Assembly: GCF_902713615.1 (NCBI RefSeq)
Contig: NC_052164.1
Location: 77,537,830 to 77,601,829, forward strand
Origin: Scyliorhinus canicula
Lineage: Eukaryota
Direction: 5' to 3'
DNA: 64,000 nt
This document shows, one piece after another, positions 24,301-39,300 of this stretch. The position numbers were made by a program, and so were the translations under genes. How positions within the stretch are numbered: the stretch's first letter is position 1; every line of letters begins with the position of its first letter. The notes under the pieces are model-generated. The model did no database searches. It saw only the letters and a program-made list of their open reading frames with translations, and was not told the origin of the DNA.

Positions 24301-27300
24301 TATTACTTGAAAAAGTAAATAATATGGGGAGAAAGCAGAAGAGCAGTGATACAATGAGACAAATGATCCTGTGTAAAAAGCAGTTTTATCCGTCTCACTG
24401 ATCATTAAATCCCTGTAGTGGAATTGAAGACTTAGGGTAGTTCCCCTCACCATACCCCTGTCGCACAGCCCAGTTTTTTGGTGGAGGACGCAACTCACCA
24501 TTGGCTGCCAATGGGTCCTTCCAGTCCCATGGATGTCTGCAACGTTTTACGTGGCTCACAAATCCCACCCCTGGGGCATCAGCCACAGGTCAGGTCACCT
24601 TTTGCGACACCAGAGGTTCCCGGCAATGTGAAGAGTTGGAAAATCCCGCCCTTGCTTCAGCGATGTTGCTGGAACTTTTGCTCCACATCAGAAATTATTT
24701 AACTTTCCATTTTGTTGCGATTGTTCATTTTGTTGTGTTATTGGTGCCAAATTCAAGTTTCCTGATCCTCTTGAGATCCAAATGCACTGTCCTACATATA
24801 CTCTCTGTTCTCAGCCAGCACTGACAGTGTATCGGAAGCAAAACTTAGCACCTCAAAACCTCAGAAATGTGGAATGCCTTACCTTCCTCTGCGTTTCCTT
24901 TCTCCTGCAATTTCAAGATTTTTGTAACCAAAGTGTGATGTCACCTGACCACTAATTCTTGCTATTTCTCATCCTGTCTTCAGGCCTTTTCTACATGTAA
25001 TACCCATGACTTTCTCAAAAATGCACAACAGCCCAAAATGACACCAAAGTACTTAAGTATCTCAACACCAAGTTGATTGGCAATTAGTACACTTGAGCAC
25101 TTCAACACATATGTATGGCATTCTTTTGTCCACTGCCTTAACAAAAGTATTACACTTTTGTACTTTAATTGGTATATTGCCAGTGAAAACAGTAGACAAA
25201 ATACATGTCACTCAAATGTACTAAGCATTTATCCACTCATTTCAATGTCTAGGCTTATCTCTGTTAAGTGGTGGAGAACACCAACACTAACTGGAGATTG
25301 CATTAGTAAGAATAACTACCTCAACTCGACAAGAGCTCATGTGTTCATTTCTACCCTTTTTTAGCTTGTGCTATGTAACATGCTCTCGGTATAATGTGCA
25401 GTCAACAGGTTATTAAAAATATTGCTAACGGTGAAGGATTTGTGACTCACATTTACCGAAAATGAGTTGGGTGTTGGTCAGGGTGAGTTACCTATAGAGA
25501 TTGAGTCATCAGCTCCAAGTGAAACAGCGATGGAAATCTTGTGGTATTAACTGTTCACCGGTTGAGTATTTGCACTTTTTTGTTCAGGCTGCACCTTTGA
25601 CTACGTGTGTTCAATGGTTTTCATACTCCAGAGCTGATGTCGTGAAATGATGTTGGAAAAAATGTGATTTGTGCTGGAAGGACATTGTGAATATTTGAGG
25701 GCATAAAACTGAGAATATTTGATGACACAGTGCAATGAATGGTTGTGGATGTTACAGAGCTGAAAATGTCTGAGAGCAGAGACTTGGGCATTTTTGATGA
25801 TGGAGGGCATGGATTGTGTAATGGCACAGACTTTGGGAATATTTGATGGCACGGATCAGTGAGCTTTTATGGACGTCACTGAGCTAGGAGGATCTGCAAG
25901 CAGAGTTTAGTGTCTGATGGCACAGATGCGTGAACATTACAGCAACTGAAACAAAATTCCCATCTTATAAGACCTCTGTTTGCCATTATGTGATGTTACC
26001 TGTACACTGCAGCTTTAATATCTCTGCACTCGCGAGGGCGCGATCTAACTTTAAGAAAAAGAGTCAGCTTTGGCAGGATTGGTGGGGTAGTTCCCGGCAT
26101 TTGTAGCACTGGGAACTACCCCATGATCAAACAGTACTCTTTTTGAGTGCCCCGACGGGGAATGTCCCATGAGGTCACACTCAGCATAATTTCCTGCACT
26201 GTGGAACTCTGGTGAGCGGATCTCCCTTGATGCAGGAAGAGATCAGGGTGCCATTTTTAAATGGCGCACACTCTTGACCGCCCCCTTCCTAACGCAATCC
26301 CTAGAACCCCCCCCTAACGTGGCAGTGTCACCTGGGCACTATGGCAGTGCCAGGCTGGCACCCAGTTGAAACAGGGGGCACCAATAGTGCAAGTTTGCCA
26401 CCCTGTCTGGGGGCTTACCACCCAGGGGCCTCTGATCATCTGGGAGACCAGGACCATCCCACCTGGTCCCCGTTTGTGGGAGTAGTACTGAACGGAGCCG
26501 AGCTGGGGTCATCTCAGCGAGGCTGGTAGATGTCGAGTGGCCCTTAGATCTGTCGGGAGTACGATTAAGGGGTTCTTAAACTTACTTAGCGGTGCGAGAC
26601 TTAGATCACAACATCTGACAAGATCTGGCACGGGATTCTCCGACCCCCCACCGGGTCAGAGAATCGCCAGGGGTCGGCGTGAATCCCGCGCCCGCCGTCT
26701 GCCTAATTCCCTGGCCCCCCAAAACCGGCCCGGCGTGAGTCTCACCGCTCGCCTCCGAGAATGGCGGGGTCTGGCACGACTCAATGGGCGCCAGGGCTGT
26801 CCGGATTCTCTGGCCCGTGATGGGCCGAAGTCCCGCCTGTTTTTTGCCAGTCCCGCCGGCGTAAATTGGAGTAGGTCCCTTATCGGCGGGACCTGGCGGC
26901 ACGGGCGGCCTCTGGGGTTCTTGGGTGGGTGCAGAGGGATCTGGCCCCGGGAGGTGCCCCCACGGTGGCCTGGCCCACGATTGGGGCCCACCGATCCAAG
27001 GGCAGACCTGTGCCGTGGGGGCACTCTATCCTTCCGCGCTGGAGGCTGTACCAGCGATGTCCTTGGATGGAGATGCTTGGCCTGCAATAACCACAACCAT
27101 ATTTCCTTGTGACAGATAGGATTCTGTCACATTCCCGGTGCGGAAGCGAAGCCCTCTGCTCATGCGCAGGGATGACCGCAGCACAAGCTGGCACTCCCGC
27201 GCATGCGCCAACTCGCGCCGGCCGGCGGAGGCCCTTTGGCGCCAGTTGGCATGGTGCCAACCTCCTTTCCCACCGGCCGGCGGGGTGCAAACCACTCTGG

Positions 27301-30300
27301 GGCGGGCCTAGCCCCTGAAGGTGCAGAGGATTCTGCACCTTTGGGGCAGCCCGACTCCGGAGTGGTTCATGCCACTCCGTCCCGCTGGGACCCCCCGCCC
27401 CGCCAGGTAGGGGAGAATCCTGCCCCACGTTAAATCCAGCAAGGCGTAACAGCCGTCGGGAATCCCCTCCCAGAATCTACTGGCCCGCGTCACGCCCCGG
27501 TTCTGGCGGGACGCGACCAGTAGATCACGCTCAATTTGACTTCATATCTTATTACTGCCTGGGTCCAAACATGGGCTTGCGATCTAAATTCTCGGATTGT
27601 GGTTAGAGTGAGTGTCCTGGAAATCATGGGATGGGATTCTCCGGTCGCCTACGCCGCAATCGGGTTCAGTGATCGACCGGAGAATCCCTGATCCGGCGAA
27701 ATCGGGGGCGCCGCTTCTTTCGCGATGCACTGCCCCCTCCAAAGTAGCATACTCTAAGAGTACATCGCACGCCATATTGTGCCTGAGGCCCACCCCCCGA
27801 TGCTCCGCCCCCGACCGGCCGAATTCATGACGGCATCGGTCTCTCATGGTATTACCTGACGGGAACTCAGGGTTGGGACTGCGGACTCAGTCCAGTTGCG
27901 CCACAGTCGGGGGAGAGCCAATCAGTGGGCAGGGGGGCACGATTTTGCAGCCTGCCAAAGGGGGGGGGCCACAATTTTGCAGGCCGGGTCCGCACGGGGC
28001 CGGCGCCATATGGCACGGCTTGGCCACTGCAGGCCACCTCGTGCACATGTGCCGCTATTAACCGAGCAATTCTCCAGGCCGTATTGGCAGCTAGAGCTGG
28101 GGGCTCGACACTGCCTTCCTGCTCACCTCCTACCAGACGAAGGATCGGTGGCCGTTTGGTGCTGAATTTTCGGTCGTAAAAGGCCACCATTCCCATGCCG
28201 GTGTCAGGACAAAGCCTGAGAATCGGAGAATCCAGCCCAAGATATTTGCCCGAATATGTCATGTAAAAGTGAAGTCAATCTGTATCAGGAGAAAACTCTT
28301 GGGTGACTGGAATCCTATCTGTCACAAGGTAATATGGTTGTGGTTATTGCAGGCCAAGCATCTCCATCCAAGGACATCGCTGCAGGACTTGCTCAGGACA
28401 GAGTCCTATGATCATAAAGTTTGATTTGGAATTGGTCAGATATTGATGTGGTTTATACTCCTTGCAGAGCAAGTCCTGGACAACATTCAGACTTACTTGT
28501 GCTACATGACATTCAGGCCACAAAAGTACCAGGCAATGACTGTCTTCAAAAAGAGAGCCTATCGGTCTCCCCACATCCCCATGACAATCAAAGCCTTTAC
28601 CACCATCACCTCTCCCACCATCAGTAACCTAGGACGTCACCATACTGAGCACAGTTAGACCAAGTAATTGCCATGGCTTCCAGAACAGATAAGGGGTTGG
28701 GTATTCTGTGCCTACTGACCAAAGTAACCTGCTTGATTGGCAGCCCATCTACTATCAAACATCCGTCCCCTACACTATCGACCGTGATTGCAGTGTATAT
28801 ACCATCGACAGGCTGCCCTGCAACAACTCCAAAAATTTCCCACACCAGTAGCTTTATGTCTTTACTAATTCAGGAATTTAGCTTTTCCCCAGTAAAGGTA
28901 ATAAATTAGGATAAAAATTATAGTTAATTGTTCCTCATTGACATGAATCAATTTTACCTCAATTAATGTCAAGAAGAGTCATTCGGATATTCTTGATATG
29001 AATTAATTTTAAATGGTGATTTCTTTCCCTTTGTAACAGACTCACCCTGCAATAAAAAAACATTTTTCAAAGAAAATGGAAACTTTCAGTGAAGGGGTTT
29101 TGTGTAATTCCATTGGTGAGCGACAATGTTACACTGGTGCCTATTTTGCAGAGTTCCTGAACAGCTATCAGTGTTATTTATCGTAGCTTGACTCAAACTA
29201 GGAGCTGTTCGTGTTAATTCTGCACTATAAACATTTCAAGTTGGAGGAAGTTGTTTTAACAGTAATTTCTGGGTATCCTCGTGCTTTCCATGTACAAAAA
29301 CAAGGCCAAGGTCAGGGGAAATTGTGCCTGAGTTACATCAACGAACAATAAATGGATGTGAAAGAACTGTATTCATGCTAACCTGTCACCAGCCTGGATG
29401 TGCAACACACAAAAGGTTGCTTGGAATATACTTGGGGAATATTAATTTTTAACAGCTCACAATATAATATGCAAATCATATCCGTTCGCATGTTTTTTTT
29501 TGTGCTTTCATTCACTGCTTGCTCACTGCACTCTTGCCTCAAAAGGGAATAGAAACTTATTTCATAAAACCTTGTACCTCCTTCAAGAGAAGTCAGAGGA
29601 GTTATTGTATTAGTTCTGGATCTCAATGGAACTTTCCAATTTAGTGGACCAGATTCCTTCCTGACCTACTGACTCAACTTGGAAATCATTTTCTGCAATT
29701 TTGAAATGTGGAATCTTTGGCTCTCTGGACCTCTGCCCCAAAATTCAAATTAATTTTGAATATGATCTCTCTGGTGTCATTACGCTCTGCTGAGATACTC
29801 AAATCTCCCAAATCCTGCTGTACTTGAGGAGTTACAGGCTGTCCTTGCACTCCCTCCTTCAGCCTCCTGGGTTGCTCTGTTGTGTGCTTAAATCTTTCAT
29901 TAAGTGAAGTCCAGTGGATGACATATTTGACCTGTTTCTCAATGAGACATTTTTTAAAGAAACAAATTGGGTGAGAAATCAAGCTGCCTCAAGGAGGAGT
30001 GGCAAACAGAAGTTATTGCATAGCCCACTCATGTATTGAATAGGTTGGATAATTAGCAGCCAACGCAACGCCATTCAATTTGCACTCAAACCACAATGAA
30101 TTCCTGCCACAATGACTCCTCAACTAGGAATTAAAACTCCGTACATAACAATGCACAGTGTTCAGGTCCAAGATCTGCTATCTAAGGCATTTATATAATA
30201 TTCTGAAAAGACGTGAATCACGTGATGTAATACGCGTTAGAATTTGGAAGAGCCACTTCATAATAAACAAGTAATACACTGTAACTTATTGATTTTAGGA

Positions 30301-33300
30301 TTTTGAAACATCCCACAACAGCAGATCCAGTGATGCAAACTTTTATGTTATCTGGGGAGACAGCAATGTGAACTTGAGATTAAAATTGGGTCAGCCAAGA
30401 TCTTATTGAATGGCGGGGCAGGCTCGAAGGACCAAATGGCCTGCTCCTGTTCCTAATCCGTATGTTTGCAAACGTTGAGACTCAAAGCCCATTCATAATT
30501 AGTGAGGCATTATTTGTAGCATGTTAAATTGCAAATAGTTCCTGAAATCTATTTTTTTAGTCCCAATGCTTTTTTTTTAACAGCGTTGCTTTTGAAAACT
30601 TGTGGCGTTGCACACAGTGAAACACAGCAACGACAAATAGCACTCACTAAACTAGCGCCTATCATACATTCGGCTACCTTTGTGCTTCTTTGCAATGAAC
30701 AGTTACATGAAACCACTGAAAATAAATTCTGCAAAGACTGGAAAGGTCAGTAGCTTTGCTCTTGCATCTCTAAAGCTTTTGACGCTTCGAGCAACAGGTC
30801 TATAATTTTCGGAAACGTGGTTTACAACAGCCTTTGTAAGCGAAGCAGGGCACAGTACAAGGTTAGATTTACCTTCACCACAGTAGAAATCCACAGACCT
30901 CTCACCCTCCGTGATCTATCAAGCTTAATATTTTAAACTACACATAAACCGACTTTTCTATTTAAGTGTTTTGAAGCACATGAAGATGTTTACATCAGGG
31001 AAATGATTGGAGTGGGACCTATGATCAGACAAAAGAGATGCAGACTGTAAATCCATTGAAATGGGGTGTGCTGATCATTTTTCAGCATCAGATGAATTGA
31101 TATGTACGACATACAAACTGAAACAGGCAAGCTTAATAACTAATGATTAGCGTCGCCGTTAGCTGGCAGCAGGATCATAGATCAGAGAATTTACAGTGCA
31201 GAAGGAGGCCATTCGGCCCATCGAGTCTGCACCGGCTCTCGGAAAGATCACCCTACCCAAGGTCAACACCTCCCCCAATCCCAATAACCCAGTAACACCA
31301 CCTAACACTAAGGGCAATTTTGGACACTAAGGGCAATTTATCATGGCCAATCCACCTAACCTGCACATCTTTGGACTGTGGGAGGAAACCGGAGCACCCA
31401 GAGGAAACCCACGCACACACGGGGAGGATGTGCAGACTCCGCACAGACAGTGACCCAAGCCGGAATCGAACCTGGGACCCTGGAGCTGTTAAGCCATTGT
31501 GCTATCCACAATGCTACCATGCTGCCCATTCTCTGATTCTCTGGTCTCGCTGACAGTGGAACCCTGCCTGTAAGTTTCCTAGCGGCGTGCGGTGGCTTCA
31601 ATGGAAATTCCAATTGAAAGCCGCGGGAACAGAGAATTCCACCGCCAGCGAACTCAGGAGGCGGAGAATCCTACCGCTGTGTCTGTCTATATTTTTACAT
31701 GACCATTGGTATCTCTTATCACAAGAATTTTCTGGCATGTTCCATGATTAAAATTGGTTTCAAAGTAACCAACCAAGAACTGCGAAAGCCTCACAGCCAG
31801 AGAGAAAAATAAAAAGAAAGATTTGCATTTAGACGGTGCTTTTCTAAACCACCGGATGTCACAGTCTGATTAATAACTAATAAAGTGTATTTTGAAGTGC
31901 AGTCGCTGTAGTAGGAGGCCTATTTACCCGCAAGAAAGTAAAAACGACCGGAAAATATGTTTTTGTGATGCTGAAGAAATGATGGAGGAATATTAACGAG
32001 GATGCTGGAGTGACTCCCATTCTCTTCTTTGAAATTGTGGTGTGGAATCCTTTTGATCCACCTGAGAGCTGGAGCCACTGCTTAACAGCACATTAAAAAA
32101 ATGGCACCCCCAACAAAGCAGCATACCTTGGCGTAGCACGCCCTCGGCACTGCACTGCGTGTCAGCCTAAGCTGTTGCATTCAACTTCCAAAGTGTAACC
32201 TTCTGACCTAGACGTAAAAGTGTTATCTATTGAAATACAGCTGATGGAGGGATGAAAATCTAATGAAAATTAAGCTTTTCTTTAGCAAATATTAAGATTT
32301 GGGCAGAGATGTAAAATTCCACAAAAAAGCAAGTTAAAAGGGGCTCATATTAACCAAAGTTATTGATCAAATAATGTTCCATTTGAACTACTAATATAGT
32401 TGATTAATTCTTGACCTCAAAATAGCTGCAAAATATTACTGCAACTGTATTACAGAGCATGCTGTTCCCTTCTGGTGAAATAACTTAGTTTCACAGACTT
32501 AACATTCAGACACCAACACATGTCCATACAATTGAAAAGGAATTTCATGCAATACTAGTTCACCAGTTGGTGAACTGACTGAATATAATAGATCTGAAAT
32601 AATATTCCTTTCACGTTTTTCGAGCAACTAAATGCTAAAAGGGTTCAACTGATGCAAAGTTTGTGAAACGTGAAATAGATTTTCTGTTCCTGTTTCGATG
32701 CATATTTAGTTTAGTTCATCTCCACTAATTAGACATATTTAGTTCAGTTCATCTTCACTAATTAGGCAGTGCTTAAACTGGAACTGTCTTAATTATGTAT
32801 GAATAGGTTTCTGTAGATCAAGTCTTGGATAATATTGTTGGGAGTCTGATCAATAACTAAATTGATGTCAAGATTTTGTATGTGAATGAAAAACAATGCT
32901 ACACTCAGTTAACCCGTAATATTTTCATTCACATAAAATAGTAAATCCTGTTGTAGATCTCAAAATCAGATTGTAGGAAAGACTGTGGTGACATTTCGAG
33001 CTGTGCCTGCTCAAACCAGTTCAGCTGATTTAAATCTAATAGTTTCTATTTCTCGTGGATGAATTGAGCAAGTTCTTTGCAAATAGATAATTTATTTTTG
33101 GGTTATATTTCTGTGTTTTCTAAGAGTGATCTGCACCAACTAGTAGATATTGACAGAATCAGGATTCTGAGCTACTTTGTTGACCTATGTTTTTTAATAG
33201 TGGAGATCTTAATATTTATATTATTTTCTTCTTTCACACACATTTGTTTCTGCTATGTTGCTGCCACCATTTAAGATGGGAGAGAGATGCTGTGTTCTGG

Positions 33301-36300
33301 TAGAGCTACGCTAGCACTTTTAAACACATCTACATACACATACCATATTTCCATTCTACTTAACACTGAAAGGAACACATCGCTCTCTGTCTGAACAACA
33401 CAAATCAATATATGGCTCCTCCCTTACCCTTCCTGTACTGTTGCTGTCTCTAATGTTTTCAGAACAATTGTGCCCGCCTTCCTGTTAATGGTTAATTTAC
33501 GTCACTTTGGTAATCTGAAATTCTGAAACTACACAAATAGGACCCAATTCATAACTCCACTAAAATGCACAACAATAACGTTGACAAATGGAAGTTATTA
33601 ATCTGAAAAGATCTATTACTTTTTCACTTAGTTGCTGGTACAGACCTATATTTAATTTGAACAGCAGCAGCATGTACAATATTTCCGCTTCTGTTGTTGC
33701 ATTCAGCCTTGTTTCTTTTTATTATACTTTGATGGGATGTGAGTGTTGCTGACAAGGTCAGCAATTGCTATCCACCCTTAATTGCAATTGAACCGAACAG
33801 TTTGCTCAGCCACTTCCGAGGGCAGGTAATAGTCGATCACATGTGATGTGCATCTGGAGTTTCGTGTAGACCAGACCAGGTGCAAATGGCAGGTTTCTTC
33901 CCTGAAGGACATTAGTGAACAAGATGGGTTTTCACAGCAATTGATGATAGTTTCATGGTCACCATTATTGATACAAGCTCTCCATTCTAGATTTTATTCA
34001 TTTGAGTTTAAATTTGAGCTGCTGCCATGGTGTCCGCAGAGCATTTTAGCCTGGGCTTCTGGATTACGAGCCCAGTGACATTACCACTGTCACTGTTAAC
34101 TTTTTATGATCTGTTGACTGGTCAGTTAATGAGGCATATGCAATGCAAGTTCTAGCGACATGGAAAGTGATCATCATTATGGTTAACTGATGGATAGAGT
34201 GTGTTAAGAAGAAGAACCGGATGTGGCGGGGTGGTATCTGGAGCAGGAGGGGTAGAGTTGTTGCGGTTATACCTAGCCTTGCTCGTTCCTTTAAAGGACA
34301 TAGGAGAACAAACGTAATTAGAAGTTAGGTCTTTCAATGTTGATGATCCAACTATTCAACATAGTTTATGTTCTGACAGAAGGGGTTAGTTGGCACATCG
34401 GATCTGTACTAACTCTCCAACGAGCAGCACAGCTTTCTGCTATTCTCCTGTCTTTTCCCCATACGCCTTACACATTGTTTCTATTCAATAATCACATAAT
34501 GCCCTCTTGAATGCCTCTATTGAACCTCCCTCCACCACATTTCCAGGCAGTGCATTCCACACCTGATCCAATGTTTTTTTTCTCACATCTCATTTACAAA
34601 GCATCACCCAAACAGGTGAATTAACAGTCAGGTTATGCCCCTATTAAACTGAGGGAAATGTTCTGAAATTAACACATTAAGCACGTTATTTGTTTATTCT
34701 TGGAATGTGTACAATGCTGACAAGACCACATGCATTTCAAATATTTATCAGCTGGGCTACTTTAGAATCAAGCAAATAATGTGGACTAGAGAGTTGTGTA
34801 GACAAGACCAGATCGAGGGAGTAGGTTCTGTGCCCTGAAGGACATTAGTGAACCAGTTGGGTGAATAATAGATAAAAGAGTGCAAGGTTATTCTTCTTGC
34901 TGCAGGGCAGCACGGTGGCCTAGTGGTTAGCAGAACCGCCTCACGGCGCTGAGGTCCCAGGTTCGATCCCGGCTCTGGGTCACTGTCCGTGTGGAGTTTG
35001 CACATTCTCCCCGTGTCTGCGTGGGTTTCGCCCCCACAACCCAAAAAAATGTGCAGAGTAGGTGGATTGGCCATGCTAAATTGCCCCTTAATTGGAAAAA
35101 ATAATTGGGTAATCTAAATTTATATTAAATTTTGCTGCAAATCAACTAATAAACAGATTTATTGCATTAAATGCCAATGAATTATGAAAATTAATTTCTT
35201 CACTTCTGGGTAGTTAGTCCAGTGTCATATCACTATACCACCATTCATCTGATAGGATTAGCAGCACTGCCTATTTTTCCATTTTTGATTGGGGTCCTGG
35301 AGGTTATGGCAGCCCTGTGAATCCAATCCACATCCTTCAGATGTGAGCCTGGATTGTGAGTGTTTACATATGATGATGCGATAGTATTGCTACATTAGTT
35401 AAGTCACCATAGTCCCAGATGACCATAGGCTGCCCTGCCCTTTTGAGAGAGTGCAGACTGGTAGTCACCATTTCTCCGGTGAGGGGCAAGGTCGAGAAGG
35501 CGGGGCCTTGATGACCAGCCTCAGCGGTATGGGAATAGGTTCTGTGATGTTGGCCTTGTTCTGCATCACGAGCCAGCTGCCCAGCCAACTGAGTCCCCAT
35601 CGGGTGATCTGTGAGCTTTATTGGCTGGACGGCTGGTTTCTGAAACGGAACAATGCCAACAACTGGTGTGGGGTTCAATTCCAGTACCGGCTGAGATTAT
35701 TCATATAGGCCCTGCCTTCTCACCATTTCCCCTCGTCTGAGGTGTGATGACCCTCTCCTCTCTCTCTTGCTCTCTCTCTCCCCTCCTCAAAGGGGAGAGC
35801 AGCAGCCTATGGTCCTCGGGGGACTATGGTGACTTTATGTTTTTTAAATTATTATTTTTTTCCATTTAAGGGGCAATTTAGCATTGCCAATCCAGCTACT
35901 CTGCACATCTTTGGGGTTGTGGGGGTGAAACCCACACAGACACGGGGAGAATGTGCAGAGAATGGTCAATCCATCTATCCTGTAGATCTTTGGGTTGTGG
36001 AGGTGAAACTCACGCAGACACGGGGAGAATATGCAGCTTCCACATGGACAATGACCCAGGGCCGGGACTCGAATCCGGGTCCTCAGCGGCGTATTCCCTG
36101 TGCTAACCAGCGCCGGCCCTAGGGTTGCTGGCGCCCCGGGCAAGCTGAACTTCTGCGCCCTTGGGGGGGCGGGGCTGAGGGGGCGGGGCCGAGGGGGGGC
36201 GGGGCCGCGGGGGGGGCGGACCCGAGGGGGGGGCGAACCCGACAGGGGGGGGGCGGACCCGAGGAGGGGGGCGGGGGGGGGCGGACCCGAGGGGGGGGCG

Positions 36301-39300
36301 GGGGGGGGGGGCGGACCCGAGGGGGGGCGGACAGAGAGCGGGGCGGGGGTGGCGGACCCGAGGGGGGGGCGGGGGGGACCGAGGGAGAGCGGACTGAGCG
36401 GGGGGGCCGCCCTGGGGGAGGGCGGCCACCGCGCATGCGCTGGTTGGCACCGGCCCAACTGCGCATGCGCGGGACCAGAGTCTCTGGCGCCCCCGAGCAC
36501 ATGGCGACCCGGGCGACTGCCCGAGTTGCCGGTGCCTTGAGCCGGCCCTGGTGCTAACCACTGTACCCCTATGGCGACTTTCTATTGCTACATTATAACT
36601 GCGAGGTCATTTTAAAAGTTAAATGTTTCATTAACCATTAATCCTGTGTAAATTATATCTTTACCCAAAGTACACATGAGAACACTTTGCCCCCCCCCCC
36701 CCCCCCCCCAACCAACCTGCCCAAAAATTTCAAAATTTCTCCACCACCTCCCTTCAAAGTTCCCGCCACAAAGCTGATAAGGTTCTGTCCATTCAGCGTG
36801 CATGAAGGTGTATAGCACAATTAGTTTTGGCATGAAGGTGTGTAGCACTATTAATTTTAAAGGGAGCAAATATATCTATGTGTACTTTCAAATTACATTT
36901 GTTAAAATCATGAATGTTGTAATATGCCTTTAAGTGATAGCAGCGTGCCATTGTAATATGAGGATGTTTGGCAGAGCAAGGGTTAATGTGGGACTGCAGA
37001 ACAGTACTGCCCACAGTATGATGTGGAGGGTTACATGATGTAGAAACGTCTGGAAGGAGCCAGCACCGAGACAGCACCCATACATGGCAATAACTCAGGT
37101 ATGTTTATAGTTATAGGTTACCAAGAAATGCTTTATGTTTAACCATACAAGCCTCCAGACCTCTGAGTGAGACACCAAACAGCCCTTACAACAAAGAAAA
37201 CTCTCTTTTGCTATTTACTGCTTGTTTTAATTTGTCATGTGACTTTCAGTGGATTCATTGTTTGTGCTCACCTTGTGAAACATGGCAAGGGCATCTCTAG
37301 ATTATTTTGAGTCGGTAGTGTTGGGTTTTATATCAGCAATTGTTTGTACACTCCAGAGGGCATGAAGAACCAACCACAATGTGTGGCTTCAAGTCACATT
37401 GTAGCCAGACCAGGTTAGGCTGGCAGATTTCCTTTACTGAAAGACATCAGTTAAACTAGTTTCCCCCCCACCCCTTTTTTTGTGACTTTTATTCTCATTT
37501 TTGTTTTGAAGCTCCTCCACAAATTATAAGATTGAACTGAAAATCTCTTGAGGTGCCACAGCACAGCGACACCCCTGATATTTGATTATTCATTGCCTAA
37601 AGTCACATTTCAGGTTGGGGCATCTGGATAAGTAGAAGAAATGGAATGTTTGAGTGTCAGAATATCTTGGTAATAGTGACGATAATATAATTAGGTTATG
37701 GAAAGGGACTTGTAATTAGGTTATGGAAAGGGACTAAGAAACTTCCAAATGGAAAAATATGCAACTGGAACAGGACAGAGCCAATGTCAGTGATCTGAAT
37801 AGGGATCTAGCACAGGTAGACTGGATTGGAAAAGAAAATGGCCAGGGAATGAGTAAGGCTAGCCTTCAAGACTAAGATAATTTCGATACAAATCTAGCAT
37901 GTTCCTATGAGGAGGAAAGCTGTGGCATGCAAAGCTTGAGCTCCATGGGTGAAGGAAATAAAGGTTAGAATAAAACAGGAACGGGGAGGTTAATAATAAG
38001 TACCAGATACAGAATAATTTGGTAGCTAATTAAAAATCAGGCGGAACACAGAATGCAGGAGTAATTGAACCAAAAAGGGTTAAGAGAGTTTTTTTTAAAA
38101 TAGCCCATCACGTGGAAAGAAACCCTAAAATCTTCAATGAAATACATGACAAAAAGCATAGTTAAAGGATTGGTGAGGCCAATTAAGGGCAAGGAAGACA
38201 TTTTCTTGTGGAGACAAAAGGCATGACTTGAGGTTTTGAACGAATACAAGAGAAGCGGTTAAAATCAGAGTAGATGCTGGGAATAAATGTAAAACCTTTG
38301 AAACAATGTATGATTCAATTGAACAGTTGTGTGTCAGTGCATCCACAGTGAAAACTTACAGTGCAGGTTCAACTGGTGTATCTTTCGAAAACTTTCTAAT
38401 TAAAATTTTTTTGTTAATGAGTGACTATCTTATATTTAAAGCTGGTAGCTTCAATTTGATAAAATTCACCTGACTGTATTTTTCCCAAAGAATTAAATCC
38501 AATGATCACCTTTGTTTGAATAATGATTGCTGCAGTTTTGTGAAGGTGCATTCACAGGTTTTATTGCTAGAATTCCACAGCAATGTCAATCCTCAGCCCT
38601 TTCAGAGAAAAAAAGAACAATGAAGAATATTCCTGTCTTCAGCAAACATTCTTTTATATTTCCAAATGACCAAAACACAACAGTGAGAAGTTGAATTATC
38701 TTCTTTGCACAAATTGGTATACTTATGTCATAAGCTTCCAATGTTTCGAGTTCTAAATATGCTCACCAAAGTAACATTGCTGAACAATTTAAAGCATGAC
38801 TTCTGGTTTCAATCAAACAATCAAAATTAAATTAGCAGAGCTAATAAAGCTACAACACAGCAGTGCCTTTAAGATGTTGCTCAGAAATGTTTCATTACTT
38901 TTAAATATGTTAACTGTTATCAAGTAAATAATTACAGGCGAGAAACAAACTGAGCTTTGCACAGAGAAACAAAACTAATATAATCCAGTATAAATTTTGA
39001 TAAGGTGGCGACAATCCATCCGAAAGGGAACATTGCTCAGTATTTTATAAAGCATAATTGTTTTGTTACTCTTAACTCATGATTAAAGGATTTTGAATGA
39101 TACTTCCAAGTGTTACAATGCGCCTTATTCTTGCTGTGTGTTAAGATGGCCACATCATTTGTATTCTCTGCAGTTTGCAGAGGACTTGCCTGTGATGGTC
39201 CTGCGGTTCTAGGTGTTTAAGCTCCATCGCAACACCACAGCTTTCACAGGCAAGATATTCACACTTCCACTGAGCTGGTGGTAGCAGTAAACTGTGATGT

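Noticed and set aside
23998-24501. 167-aa minus-strand ORF as a nested gene
   Set aside because: No recognisable domain, the 5' part runs through a MITE, and no convincing partner exons; kept only as a regulatory candidate
26341-28262. Many overlapping Pro/Arg/Gly-rich ORFs (also 35844-36561, 49583-50642, 53440-53991, 61280-62252)
   Set aside because: They fall within GC-rich MITEs where stop codons are rare; no domain-like motifs
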